Part shown: positions 8,133-14,667 of the stretch, piece after piece
Layout: each line of letters opens with the position of its first letter
Numbering within the stretch: the first letter of the stretch is position 1
IMG/VR virus record: IMGVR_UViG_3300002092_000018
Coordinates: 1 to 36,000 of that record
Length of the DNA stretch: 36,000 bases
Strand: one strand, 5' to 3'
Source of the DNA: a virus
Translations under genes and position numbers: made by a program
Notes under the pieces: generated by a model
Told to the model about the DNA's origin: nothing
The model's database searches: none
The model's input: the letters and a program-made list of their open reading frames with translations, nothing else

Positions 8133-9035
8133 TCACTTGATTAGGAAGCGTCTACTTCCGGGGGTTGAAATGATGAACTGCTTGTAAATGTCCGGCATGG
8201 ATTGCTTGAACAATTCCGCGCTGAACTTCTCACTTGCCTTGGAAGATTTCCAAGTGATAAGTGTAGAACCGTCAACGGACCGCAATTCGGAATTGCCGCC
8301 CATCATGTTTCGCAACTGAACCTCCAATTGCTCCGCCTCTTCTTCAGCCGCCTTGATGCGCGACTTCATTTGCTTGAGCATTGCAACGGCTTGCTCAACG
8401 CTTTGATTTGCCGTGATGACTCCCTCAGTCGATTGGGGGTAAAGCAACTTGGCTTGTTCGACTGTTTCTGCCGGGGGAGTTGTTCCAGCTTGAACGTGAC
8501 CCCAATAAGTTGCCATTGTCGAAATGAGTTCGTTGCGCTGCTCATCCGAAATGTCAAAAACGTGGTAGCAGAATTCCTGTCCGCCAAACAAGACCGCAAA
8601 GCAGACTTTCGGAATGTTGTGGACCGCCGATTCATGGACAAGCTGCGCCATGTCGGTTTCAGGAATGCGCCCGGTTTCAAAATCGTATTTGGACCTGATT
8701 GCCGCCGTGTAGTTTTTGGCTTCAACCAGCATATTTCCGCCGACTTCGATCCCATCAAAATGCGACTTGAGCCACGTTTCACGGGGATGGGTTAGCGCGT
8801 AGTCAGCGTCCTTGATTTCGATGCCCAAACGGTCCTGAACAAGCCCCAAAATGACAGGCTGCATGACATGACCCATGCGGACATTTTCACGGTCAGAAAT
8901 GTCCTCGGGAATCAGCTTGCCTTGCTTGATAAGGATTTGATCGACTGCCTTTCCTGCAACGGCTTGTCGACTGTCCCCGGACCACCATGCAGCATTGCGG
9001 ACCGCAGGGGCAAAATCAGCTTGATCGTTTGCCAT
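8133..9035 (-). CDS. YqaJ / lambda-Exo-type 5'-3' exonuclease (PD-(D/E)xK)
   Basis: Motifs are MGHVMQPVILGL and HFDGIEVGGNMLVEAKN (D...ExK catalytic motif). The size is 300 aa and it is paired with the RecT-like gene. Confidence 0.8.
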   Translation of the reverse strand: MANDQADFAPAVRNAAWWSGDSRQAVAGKAVDQILIKQGKLIPEDISDRENVRMGHVMQPVILGLVQDRLGIEIKDADYALTHPRETWLKSHFDGIEVGGNMLVEAKNYTAAIRSKYDFETGRIPETDMAQLVHESAVHNIPKVCFAVLFGGQEFCYHVFDISDEQRNELISTMATYWGHVQAGTTPPAETVEQAKLLYPQSTEGVITANQSVEQAVAMLKQMKSRIKAAEEEAEQLEVQLRNMMGGNSELRSVDGSTLITWKSSKASEKFSAELFKQSMPDIYKQFIISTPGSRRFLIK

Positions 9036-9040
9036 GATGA

Positions 9041-9358
9041 CTAGACCTCAAGTGTGATAGAAAGAAGATTGGCTTTTTGCTCTTCCAAGCGGTTTACCTT
9101 GGATTGCATTTCGGCGCGAATCTTTTTGATTTCAGCATCAATTGCTTTGACGCTATTGGTGACAAGCGACTTATGACTTGCAAACTTAACTTCAATTTCT
9201 GCCGTTCCGACAACGACATATCCATATTCGGACATATCGTTGTCCCCAAACGACAGGGCGGACCGGAGTGCTTCTTGAACGCCTGCGGACTTGGAATGAA
9301 TATCTTTGACCGTCAGACCATGATGGGGTGACAAAAGAACATTAGTGCTGATCTTCAT
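9041..9358 (-). CDS. Hypothetical protein, 105 aa, with a C-terminal coiled-coil-like segment
   Basis: I prefer the start at MKISTNV (9358), which has RBS AGAGGTAATCAAA. It is the first gene downstream of the 9405-9433 promoter. Confidence 0.6.
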   Translation of the reverse strand: MKISTNVLLSPHHGLTVKDIHSKSAGVQEALRSALSFGDNDMSEYGYVVVGTAEIEVKFASHKSLVTNSVKAIDAEIKKIRAEMQSKVNRLEEQKANLLSITLEV

Positions 9359-9404
9359 TTTGATTACCTCTAAGGTGATTAGGAACAACGTGGTATGAGC
9401 CTTG

Positions 9405-9433
9405 ATTATCAGGCATATTGAGAACATCGTCAA
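9405..9433 (-). promoter_or_regulatory. Sigma70-type promoter for the recombination module
   Basis: The minus strand reads AATAGAT-TTGACG-17 nt-GATAAT. The predicted transcript start is about 40 nt upstream of ATG 9358. Confidence 0.65.
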
Positions 9434-9765
9434 ATCTATTTTTCTATCGCTTTTCTCTTTGTGATAGGTTTTTTCTATATCTATTTCCATGCAAGAGCCA
9501 CAGCAATGATGATGATGCTATTCATCGTCAACGCTTCAACCCTTTCGGGCTGTCCGGTATCGCATACCGTTCCAATGCTTTATTTATCAGGGCGGGTGAT
9601 GTGGTCCCGTTCCACCAATGTCAATATTGCTTACCCTGTTTATCGCTTGGCTTGGAAACCTCGCGCACCCGTTCCTCTTGAGTCAAGGTGATCCGCTTTT
9701 CTCCCGCGCCAGCACAGACAGGCTGCATTACTTTCGTGCGGGGTACGGTTGTGGTGGTAAACAAT

Positions 9766-9834
9766 AAAAAAGCCGCTTTACTCTGCATCCCGGTGGAAAC
9801 CCCTTGCGGGGCGAGATACAGAATAAAACGGCTT
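9766..9834 (-). terminator. Compound intrinsic terminator ending the early gene block
   Basis: On the minus strand the outer stem is AAGCCGTTTTA/TAAAGCGGCTT (11 bp, 1 G-U). The inner stem is CTGTATC/GATGCAG. The apical hairpin is CCCC-GCAA-GGGG. A T6 run follows. The element starts 35 nt after the stop at 9869. Confidence 0.65.
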
Positions 9835-9868
9835 CGACTTGTTGCTTTCCACGACAACGATTCAGAAT

Positions 9869-10090
9869 TTATTCTATCCCGTTTTCTTTGTCAACCATCT
9901 TTTCCCTGTAGTCCCACACAATCGGAGGGAACGATTCATACCCGTACATGATGGTCCCTTTTCGCTCTATGGTTTCAAGCCATATCCAGCAATGGTCACT
10001 TACTCTGCGCGGGACCCATGCAAAGTAGGGATGCCAGTTTTGGATTCGATTAAGGTAAGCGTTGTAATTTTTCCCTATATCAATTTTCAT
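9869..10090 (-). CDS. Hypothetical protein, 73 aa, Trp-rich
   Basis: I prefer the start at MKIDIGK (10090), which has RBS GGGAGAAAGC. It overlaps the upstream gene end by 11 nt. Confidence 0.55.
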   Translation of the reverse strand: MKIDIGKNYNAYLNRIQNWHPYFAWVPRRVSDHCWIWLETIERKGTIMYGYESFPPIVWDYREKMVDKENGIE

Positions 10091-10379
10091 GCTTTCTCCC
10101 TTGCGCTGCGGCGAGTGCTGTTTCAATCAACGGCATAGATTTCCGCGCTTCCTTCCACGCCTGACCATCGTCGCCACCGTTCATCAACATATCGGCAAGA
10201 CGGTTACGGGCAGAGGTTAGTGCGGAGATCAGCAAATCGTGGCTGTTCACGCACTTCACGATGTGGGCGGCGACAGAGTTTTCTACGATGCACATCTGAA
10301 CGCCTTTGGCATCGTTGACAAACGTGTATTTGGCGCGGTGGTCGCCGGCTATCCACGGCGTATTCATTTCATTGCTCAT
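10080..10379 (-). CDS. Hypothetical protein, 99 aa
   Basis: I prefer the start at MSNEMNT (10379), which has RBS GAGGAGATCAGC. Confidence 0.55.
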   Translation of the reverse strand: MSNEMNTPWIAGDHRAKYTFVNDAKGVQMCIVENSVAAHIVKCVNSHDLLISALTSARNRLADMLMNGGDDGQAWKEARKSMPLIETALAAAQGRKHEN

Positions 10380-10671
10380 GCTGATCTCCTCGTGCGCGGA
10401 TTTCCTTGGCGAGTATTCCAGCGCATCCAATTAAAAATATATGCGTCCCTGTGTCGGAATCGCCGCTCTCCTTGCTGTCCAGAAAAACTTTTTTCTTTGC
10501 ATCACACACCTTCGCGCAAACCTCTCGTTCGATTGCCGCTGCTCTGGTGGATACTAGGGCGGCGAAGGCGGTGATAGGGTTGATTTCTTCTTTGCGGTCA
10601 ACATTGACATCGAAGTACAGAACTAATCCGCACTCCCGCGCCATGCTGATGATTTCGTCTGTGGGGATCAT
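10369..10671 (-). CDS. Hypothetical protein, 100 aa
   Basis: I prefer the start at MIPTDEI (10671), which has RBS GGAGGCAAGAA. The motif EREVCAKVC...IRARG is common in small uncharacterised phage proteins, as far as I recall. Confidence 0.55.
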   Translation of the reverse strand: MIPTDEIISMARECGLVLYFDVNVDRKEEINPITAFAALVSTRAAAIEREVCAKVCDAKKKVFLDSKESGDSDTGTHIFLIGCAGILAKEIRARGDQHEQ

Positions 10672-10871
10672 TTCTTGCCTCCGAACGATCCCGCTTCCAT
10701 GGGTATCACGTTTTCTCGCTCGGGGTCTTTTCTGGTGGCGTGACATTTTTGGCAGTAGGGCTTTGGCGGATTTGTCCCGTACCACGCACCGGAGAACACC
10801 ACTACTTTGCCGCCGCAAATAGAACACGACCCAATGACACGATGATCCGAATATGTTGCTGTATTGCTCAT
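10668..10871 (-). CDS. Small Cys4 zinc-ribbon protein, 67 aa
   Basis: I prefer the start at MSNTATY (10871), which has RBS GGGAGGATGT. It carries CSIC...CQKC pairs. Confidence 0.6.
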   Translation of the reverse strand: MSNTATYSDHRVIGSCSICGGKVVVFSGAWYGTNPPKPYCQKCHATRKDPERENVIPMEAGSFGGKK

Positions 10872-11140
10872 ACATCCTCCCACTTGTTTTCACTCATCAC
10901 CTTGACGATCTGCGCATCGACTTGCTCGACGGTGCAGCCTGAGATATGGGCGCAGAGTTTGAGGACGAAGGCGTATTTGGCTGCGTCTTGCGCTTGGGTA
11001 TGCAGGTGCGTCGATACAGCGCCCCAATCGCATTGCTTCGCGTCAGGTATTGGTTTAACGGGCGCATACTTACCTGACGAACAAACGTGAGAAACGTCGA
11101 AGGCAGACAGCAAATCGTTACAGAATGGGCATTGGCTCAT
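10868..11140 (-). CDS. Hypothetical Cys-containing protein, 90 aa (N-terminal CPFC)
   Basis: Its start overlaps the upstream stop. It is on the same strand and tightly packed. Confidence 0.5.
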   Translation of the reverse strand: MSQCPFCNDLLSAFDVSHVCSSGKYAPVKPIPDAKQCDWGAVSTHLHTQAQDAAKYAFVLKLCAHISGCTVEQVDAQIVKVMSENKWEDV

Positions 11141-11796
11141 GGCTTTTGCTCCTGTTGCATGGCTGCGTCGATTGCTTCAGACCAATCCTGCGGGTTAACG
11201 GCAAGCGTGATGTACTCAAATATTTCATCGCCCGTGTCGTGCTGTACCAGCCACCGATACCGCGCTGCGTCCTTCGCAATATCTTCATTGATACCCTCTC
11301 GCAATGCCTTGCCGATGTTCATGCCGATCTTCAGGGTCTTGCGGATTTCATCCATCTTCGCGTCTTGGTCTTGTGGCGCGGCTGTGCGTTCACCACGACA
11401 AAAAAGCATCATGGCGAAGTTGCCCACGTCAACGGGATCGCCTTTCGCAACGTGGCTCGCCAGAGAATCCTGAAGCATCGCGGTAGAGCAAGCGGCAGGG
11501 TCATTCCACCCTGCATAGCCCTTGGCGCGTTGCTTCGCCAATTTCGCTTTCATGGCAGCGGCAAACCTGTCTACCGCAAGATCATCTGCGTGGGCATCGT
11601 CTTGCGGCGCAGCGTTAATCGACACGCTGGATGGCGATGCCCATTCGGTATGCGTGGCTGTAACATCAGGCGCGGCAAGGGCTGCGTCGAGGATGGCGAG
11701 GGCTTCGCTCATGTCCTTTTTCATCGGGTAATAATCAACTTCATCAAGTGCCCAATTAAGCGCATCCCGGACTTTCTGCATTTCGTCGCGTGTCAT
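11137..11796 (-). CDS. Hypothetical protein, 219 aa
   Basis: It is the largest early ORF after ardC. The central segment KGYAGWNDP...HVAKGDPVDVGNFAMMLF and the C-terminal ARYRWL motif resemble recurrent phage domains of unknown function. No catalytic call is made. Confidence 0.6.
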   Translation of the reverse strand: MTRDEMQKVRDALNWALDEVDYYPMKKDMSEALAILDAALAAPDVTATHTEWASPSSVSINAAPQDDAHADDLAVDRFAAAMKAKLAKQRAKGYAGWNDPAACSTAMLQDSLASHVAKGDPVDVGNFAMMLFCRGERTAAPQDQDAKMDEIRKTLKIGMNIGKALREGINEDIAKDAARYRWLVQHDTGDEIFEYITLAVNPQDWSEAIDAAMQQEQKP

Positions 11797-11799
11797 TTT

Positions 11800-12018
11800 T
11801 TACTCCATCATTTTTGCTTTTGCCGCGCACCACTCGCAAAGACCATCTTTCAGGTCTTTTCGCGCTGTCGGGTGTCCGCACAAGTCGCAATCGGGGTAAT
11901 CGTTCGCGGGGGGTTCAGGGGGGTCGACTTCAAAGTAAGAGCCAACGATTGCAGACATGATGCACAGGGCAAAGACAATGCCCAAAGCAAGGGCATAGTT
12001 TTGTTCAATCCAATCCAT
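11800..12018 (-). CDS. Membrane-anchored Cys4 protein, 72 aa
   Basis: I prefer the start at MDWIEQN (12018), which has RBS GGGAGAAACAAA. One TM segment is present (ALALGIVFALCIMSAIVG), followed by CDLC...CEWC. Confidence 0.6.
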   Translation of the reverse strand: MDWIEQNYALALGIVFALCIMSAIVGSYFEVDPPEPPANDYPDCDLCGHPTARKDLKDGLCEWCAAKAKMME

Positions 12019-12056
12019 TTTGTTTCTCCCGTATGTGCGCGTATGAGTTGCGCGTA

Positions 12057-12215
12057 TTAGTTGCAAACAGTCACACAATTCTTACCGTCCGGTCCGCAGC
12101 AAGTGGTGCAATACGTTACGGTCCCATCTTTGCCGGAAATTGCAATCGTGGTGCAAGCATAGGCAATGCCGGAAAGTGCCAGAAACGCCCCTACAGCGAT
12201 AATTGCTTTAAGCAT
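12057..12215 (-). CDS. Secreted or lipid-anchored cysteine-rich mini-protein, 52-aa precursor and 32-aa mature form with 6 Cys
   Basis: The start at MLKAIIA (12215) has RBS AGGGGATTTACC. The signal peptide MLKAIIAVGAFLALSGIAYA ends in an AXA site directly followed by Cys. The mature sequence is CTTIAISGKDGTVTYCTTCCGPDGKNCVTVCN. Confidence 0.6.
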   Translation of the reverse strand: MLKAIIAVGAFLALSGIAYACTTIAISGKDGTVTYCTTCCGPDGKNCVTVCN

Positions 12216-12236
12216 GGTAAATCCCCTAGTCAGGTT

Positions 12237-12275
12237 AAAAAAGGTCCCCACGGCTTGATCTGATAAGCCGCAGGG
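12237..12275 (-). terminator. Intrinsic terminator or attenuator after the 133-aa gene
   Basis: The minus strand reads CCCTGCGGCTT-ATCAGATC-AAGCCGTGGGG (11 bp, 2 G-U), then ACC and a T6 run. It lies only about 20 nt upstream of the next start codon. Confidence 0.55.
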
Positions 12276-12282
12276 AGGTTTC

Positions 12283-12684
12283 CTACTCTTTGGTCAGTTC
12301 GGCAAAGGCTGCTTTGTATTGCCTTGAGGCTCTGGCTGCGGCAATATTTTCATCGCCTACGGGTGCAGACCCTTTGCCCCATCTGTCAATAATGGCCCAA
12401 TTCTCGCCAATGACATACACGCCATTGTCCCAATTATCGCAATCCATATTGACTAAGCACCCCATTCCGAGTCCTGTTTCTTTTTTGGTCCCTGTTGCTT
12501 CGTGCGCGATTCCACAAAGCCGCGCCATCGCGTATTGACTATCTGCCGCAGGGTCCCGGTATCCGCGATGCTTTGCCGCATCAAGCATAGCGAGAACATC
12601 TTCAAGGCTTCCGTTCCAGTGGAGATAAATCCCCACGCCGTTTGTTTTATCGGTTGAATTGGTGATTACCGCACGATTACCCAT
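12283..12684 (-). CDS. Hypothetical protein, 133 aa
   Basis: The ORF is clean with an upstream RBS-like GTGAGGCAATC. The motif GIYLHWNGSLEDV...YAMARLCGI recalls a recurrent phage family of unknown function. Confidence 0.6.
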   Translation of the reverse strand: MGNRAVITNSTDKTNGVGIYLHWNGSLEDVLAMLDAAKHRGYRDPAADSQYAMARLCGIAHEATGTKKETGLGMGCLVNMDCDNWDNGVYVIGENWAIIDRWGKGSAPVGDENIAAARASRQYKAAFAELTKE

Positions 12685-12726
12685 GATTGCCTCACAAGGT
12701 TAAGAGTGATTGCCGGGAATGACAAT

Positions 12727-12757
12727 CTGACAATGCCCTGATACAAGGCATTGTCAG
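12727..12757 (-). other. Perfect 11-bp hairpin in an intergenic spacer
   Basis: CTGACAATGCC-9 nt loop-GGCATTGTCAG lies immediately after the stop at 12764. No T-run follows on the minus strand. Confidence 0.6.
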
Positions 12758-12763
12758 GTGTCA

Positions 12764-12949
12764 CTAGCTAATCATGCCGGACAGTCCCGCATTTGACGGA
12801 TGAACGATGATCTGGCTTTGCGTGAATTTCAGGCAATACCAAAATACAGTTTCATCGTTTGCAGTAAAAAGCCAGCCGCCGTGAATCTTGCGCCATGCTT
12901 TCGCGTCAGGCGCATTGTCGAATTGCGCGTAAACCATTCCTTCAACCAT
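12764..12949 (-). CDS. Hypothetical protein, 61 aa
   Basis: RBS AGGGGACTGAT precedes the ATG. The protein is Trp/Phe-rich. Confidence 0.55.
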   Translation of the reverse strand: MVEGMVYAQFDNAPDAKAWRKIHGGWLFTANDETVFWYCLKFTQSQIIVHPSNAGLSGMIS

Positions 12950-12958
12950 ATCAGTCCC

Positions 12959-13045
12959 CTAGTTGGTTAAAACGATTGCAAACCATGCTGCGACAATAGC
13001 AACAATGGCAATGCACACTAAACCGGAAAGAATCTCGCCTTTCAT
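12959..13045 (-). CDS. Unlisted 28-codon single-TM micro-ORF (MKGEILSGLVCIAIVAIVAAWFAIVLTN)
   Basis: Its ATG overlaps the ardC-like stop (ATGA), with AAGGA 8 nt upstream. It exactly fills the spacer before the next gene. It falls below the length cutoff of the ORF track. Confidence 0.45.
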   Translation of the reverse strand: MKGEILSGLVCIAIVAIVAAWFAIVLTN

Positions 13046-13932
13046 GCTGCAATCCTTTCTCTTGCCGCATCCTGAACCTTGCAAGCATTGATGTAATCTG
13101 CGGCTTTCTGAGCAAGTGCTGCGGCTTTGAATATTGCCTTGCTATCTTCCCGCATTGCCTTTAGCCAGTTGGCGACATAACCGGCATGGCGCAATTCCCC
13201 TGCAATGCCGTAATCCTGACAAATGAATGCTGCGGTAAGTTCTGCTACTAACTCCTCAAAAGCATATTCGGGATTGCCGAATCTGCCTTTGCTTATGTCG
13301 CGGTCACAACGCGCCTTATCGCTGGTCCAATGTCCCAACTCGTGAAAGGCAGTTGCGTAGTAATGACAGGGGGCAGCAAAATCCTTTGGGAAAGGCAGTT
13401 GTATGATGTCACGGCTTGGCATGAAATAAGCGGAATCGCCACCGTGAAATATTTTCGCTCCTGTCGCAATGATGCGATTCTCTGCCGCCTGATTAGCGTC
13501 AAAGGGTTCCGGCATGAGTTCCGGCTCCGGCTGTTTGATCGTAATTCCGTCCACTTGCGCGACATTGAAAACATAGTAGGACTTCAGAACCGCATAGCCT
13601 TTTGCTTCGTTACCCTCTGCATCCGGCTGTCCCTTTGCGACCGGCTTAAAGAATACGATCTTGCTACCCTTTTCGCCTTTCTTGACAGTTGCGCCCAATC
13701 CCTGCCAATGCTTAAAGGTTCCCCATACAGGCGTTTCATACCCTCGCATCATGCCAACCATACCGAGCAATAAACGATTGATTCCCTGATAAGGCTTTTG
13801 GGTAACGATATTGCGATCAAGATTAGAGCCAATGGCATTACTGGCTTTCCAAGGTTTAATCCAAGGCATAGCCCCTGATTCAACTTGTTTGATGATGTCC
13901 GCAGTAATTTCAGCGTAGAGCGAATTCGACAT
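13042..13932 (-). CDS. ardC: ArdC-like antirestriction protein (N-terminal ssDNA-binding domain plus C-terminal HExxH metallopeptidase domain)
   Basis: The N-terminus reads MPWIKPWK...KPYQGINRLLL...WGTFKHWQGLGATVKKGEKGSKIVFF. The C-terminus reads FHELGHWTSD...YAFEELVAELTAAFIC. It is the first gene of the leftward arm. RBS is AGAGGGTTATCAACC. Confidence 0.85.
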   Translation of the reverse strand: MSNSLYAEITADIIKQVESGAMPWIKPWKASNAIGSNLDRNIVTQKPYQGINRLLLGMVGMMRGYETPVWGTFKHWQGLGATVKKGEKGSKIVFFKPVAKGQPDAEGNEAKGYAVLKSYYVFNVAQVDGITIKQPEPELMPEPFDANQAAENRIIATGAKIFHGGDSAYFMPSRDIIQLPFPKDFAAPCHYYATAFHELGHWTSDKARCDRDISKGRFGNPEYAFEELVAELTAAFICQDYGIAGELRHAGYVANWLKAMREDSKAIFKAAALAQKAADYINACKVQDAARERIAA

Positions 13933-13970
13933 GGTTGATAACCCTCTATAGTTAGATTAGGAATGCAATC

Positions 13971-13998
13971 ATATAATCACTTGACTGCATAGCTATAA
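13971..13998 (-). promoter_or_regulatory. Candidate leftward early promoter (extended -10)
   Basis: The minus strand reads TTATAG-16 nt-TTATAT, with TG one base upstream of the -10 (TGATTATAT). It lies about 40 nt upstream of the ardC-like ATG. Confidence 0.4.
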
Positions 13999-14110
13999 TG
14001 TTATCACTAATCACGCACCTAATGTTTGTCATTCGTTAACCCTGCCTTAACCACAGATTAAGACAAGGAATATTTAGTGTTCCCTCTATATCTATATAGC
14101 TATATATGTA

Positions 14111-14149
14111 ATAGATTTATTTCCTATCTATCTATAACTATATTGCTTA
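14111..14149 (+). promoter_or_regulatory. Candidate rightward promoter copy 1
   Basis: The sequence is ATAGAT-TTATTT-16 nt-TATATT-GCTTA. It shares both the upstream TAGAT box and the TATATTGCTTA block with copy 2. Confidence 0.45.
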
Positions 14150-14203
14150 GTATCCGAATAGGGGCAGAATCGTAATGCAATTGCTACTAGCTCTCGTTCT
14201 CAT

Positions 14204-14242
14204 TTAGATTTATCTATTGGGGACCGGGCTATATATTGCTTA
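14204..14242 (+). promoter_or_regulatory. Candidate rightward promoter copy 2
   Basis: The sequence is TTAGAT-TTATCT-16 nt-TATATT-GCTTA. Its geometry is identical to copy 1, which lies 93 bp upstream. Confidence 0.45.
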
Positions 14243-14289
14243 CCCTATGCAATGCTTAACCATGCCTGATACCCTTTTGGAAATGGTCC

Positions 14290-14339
14290 CTATTATCTAT
14301 TATCAATGCTGTATCGTTATTCAATAGAGTATCGCTATT
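14290..14339 (+). repeat. Short direct repeats in the long leader: CTATTAT x2 and GTATCGYTATT x2
   Basis: CTATTATCTATTAT lies at 14290-14303. GTATCGTTATT lies at 14311-14321 and GTATCGCTATT at 14329-14339. Confidence 0.7.
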
Positions 14340-14457
14340 AGGTGGCAACTGGATTGGACTTGAGATATGAAAAGAGGTAGCCCTTCTCCAACCTCCCCCC
14401 AAAAGAAAACGGTGTTTGTGTTATTGTGTTGACGTTAGTTATCAATGGGGATTAGCC

Positions 14458-14667
14458 ATGAGCATTGAGATTGAGAAGATGGTAGCGATACCTGAGAGTA
14501 AGCCCAAGTATCCTTATGAGGACATGAAGATTGGGGATAGCTTCTTTGTTAAGGGCGGGAACATCCAGACGATAGCCAATAGCAACTGGAGGAAAGGTAA
14601 GGCGTTGGGTATGAAGTTTATTTCCCGTCGTGTTGATGATGGTGTGCGAGTGTGGAGAACGGCATGA
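14458..14667 (+). CDS. Hypothetical protein, 69 aa, first gene of the rightward arm
   Basis: I prefer the ATG at 14458, which has GGGGA 6 nt upstream. The motif KIGDSFFV...GVRVWR recalls a recurrent small phage protein of unknown function. Confidence 0.55.
   Translation: MSIEIEKMVAIPESKPKYPYEDMKIGDSFFVKGGNIQTIANSNWRKGKALGMKFISRRVDDGVRVWRTA

Larger units (their letters stand above)
13933..14457. promoter_or_regulatory. AT-rich divergent control region (promoters, direct repeats, possible origin or packaging signals)
   Basis: This is the largest non-coding stretch and is visibly AT-rich compared with the rest of the window. It separates the two divergent arms and is dense in CTAT/TATC/TAGAT repeats. 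Confidence 0.75.

Noticed and set aside
9418-9691. Plus-strand ORFs of 87 and 76 aa in the ORF-poor zone of the leftward arm.
   Set aside because: They are in the opposite orientation to all neighbours and have no RBS. They are built from the A/T-tract repeats and overlap the mapped promoter and terminator elements.
11137-11796. A MazG-like or dNTP pyrophosphohydrolase assignment for the 219-aa early protein.
   Set aside because: There is only a vague resemblance (KGDPVDVGNFAMMLF) and I could not identify the acidic metal-binding EExxE/D motifs. It stays hypothetical.
13981-13999. TTGACT and TATAAT hexamers on the plus strand, which look like a perfect promoter.
   Set aside because: Only 7 nt separate the two hexamers, compared with the 16-18 nt needed. 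The same DNA read on the minus strand gives a properly spaced extended -10 candidate instead.
14047-14055. A DnaA-box-like 9-mer, TTAACCACA, in the AT-rich region.
   Set aside because: It is a single copy with a mismatch to TTATNCACA. No cluster of boxes or adjacent AT-rich 13-mers was found, so it is insufficient to call an origin.
14247-14327. Small ORFs in the long rightward leader: a 26-aa MQCLTMPDTLLEMVPIIYYQCCIVIQ, and a 21-aa MKRGSPSPTSPQKKTVFVLLC at 14367-14432.
   Set aside because: Neither has a convincing Shine-Dalgarno sequence. They may be upstream ORFs, but the sequence alone does not support calling them.
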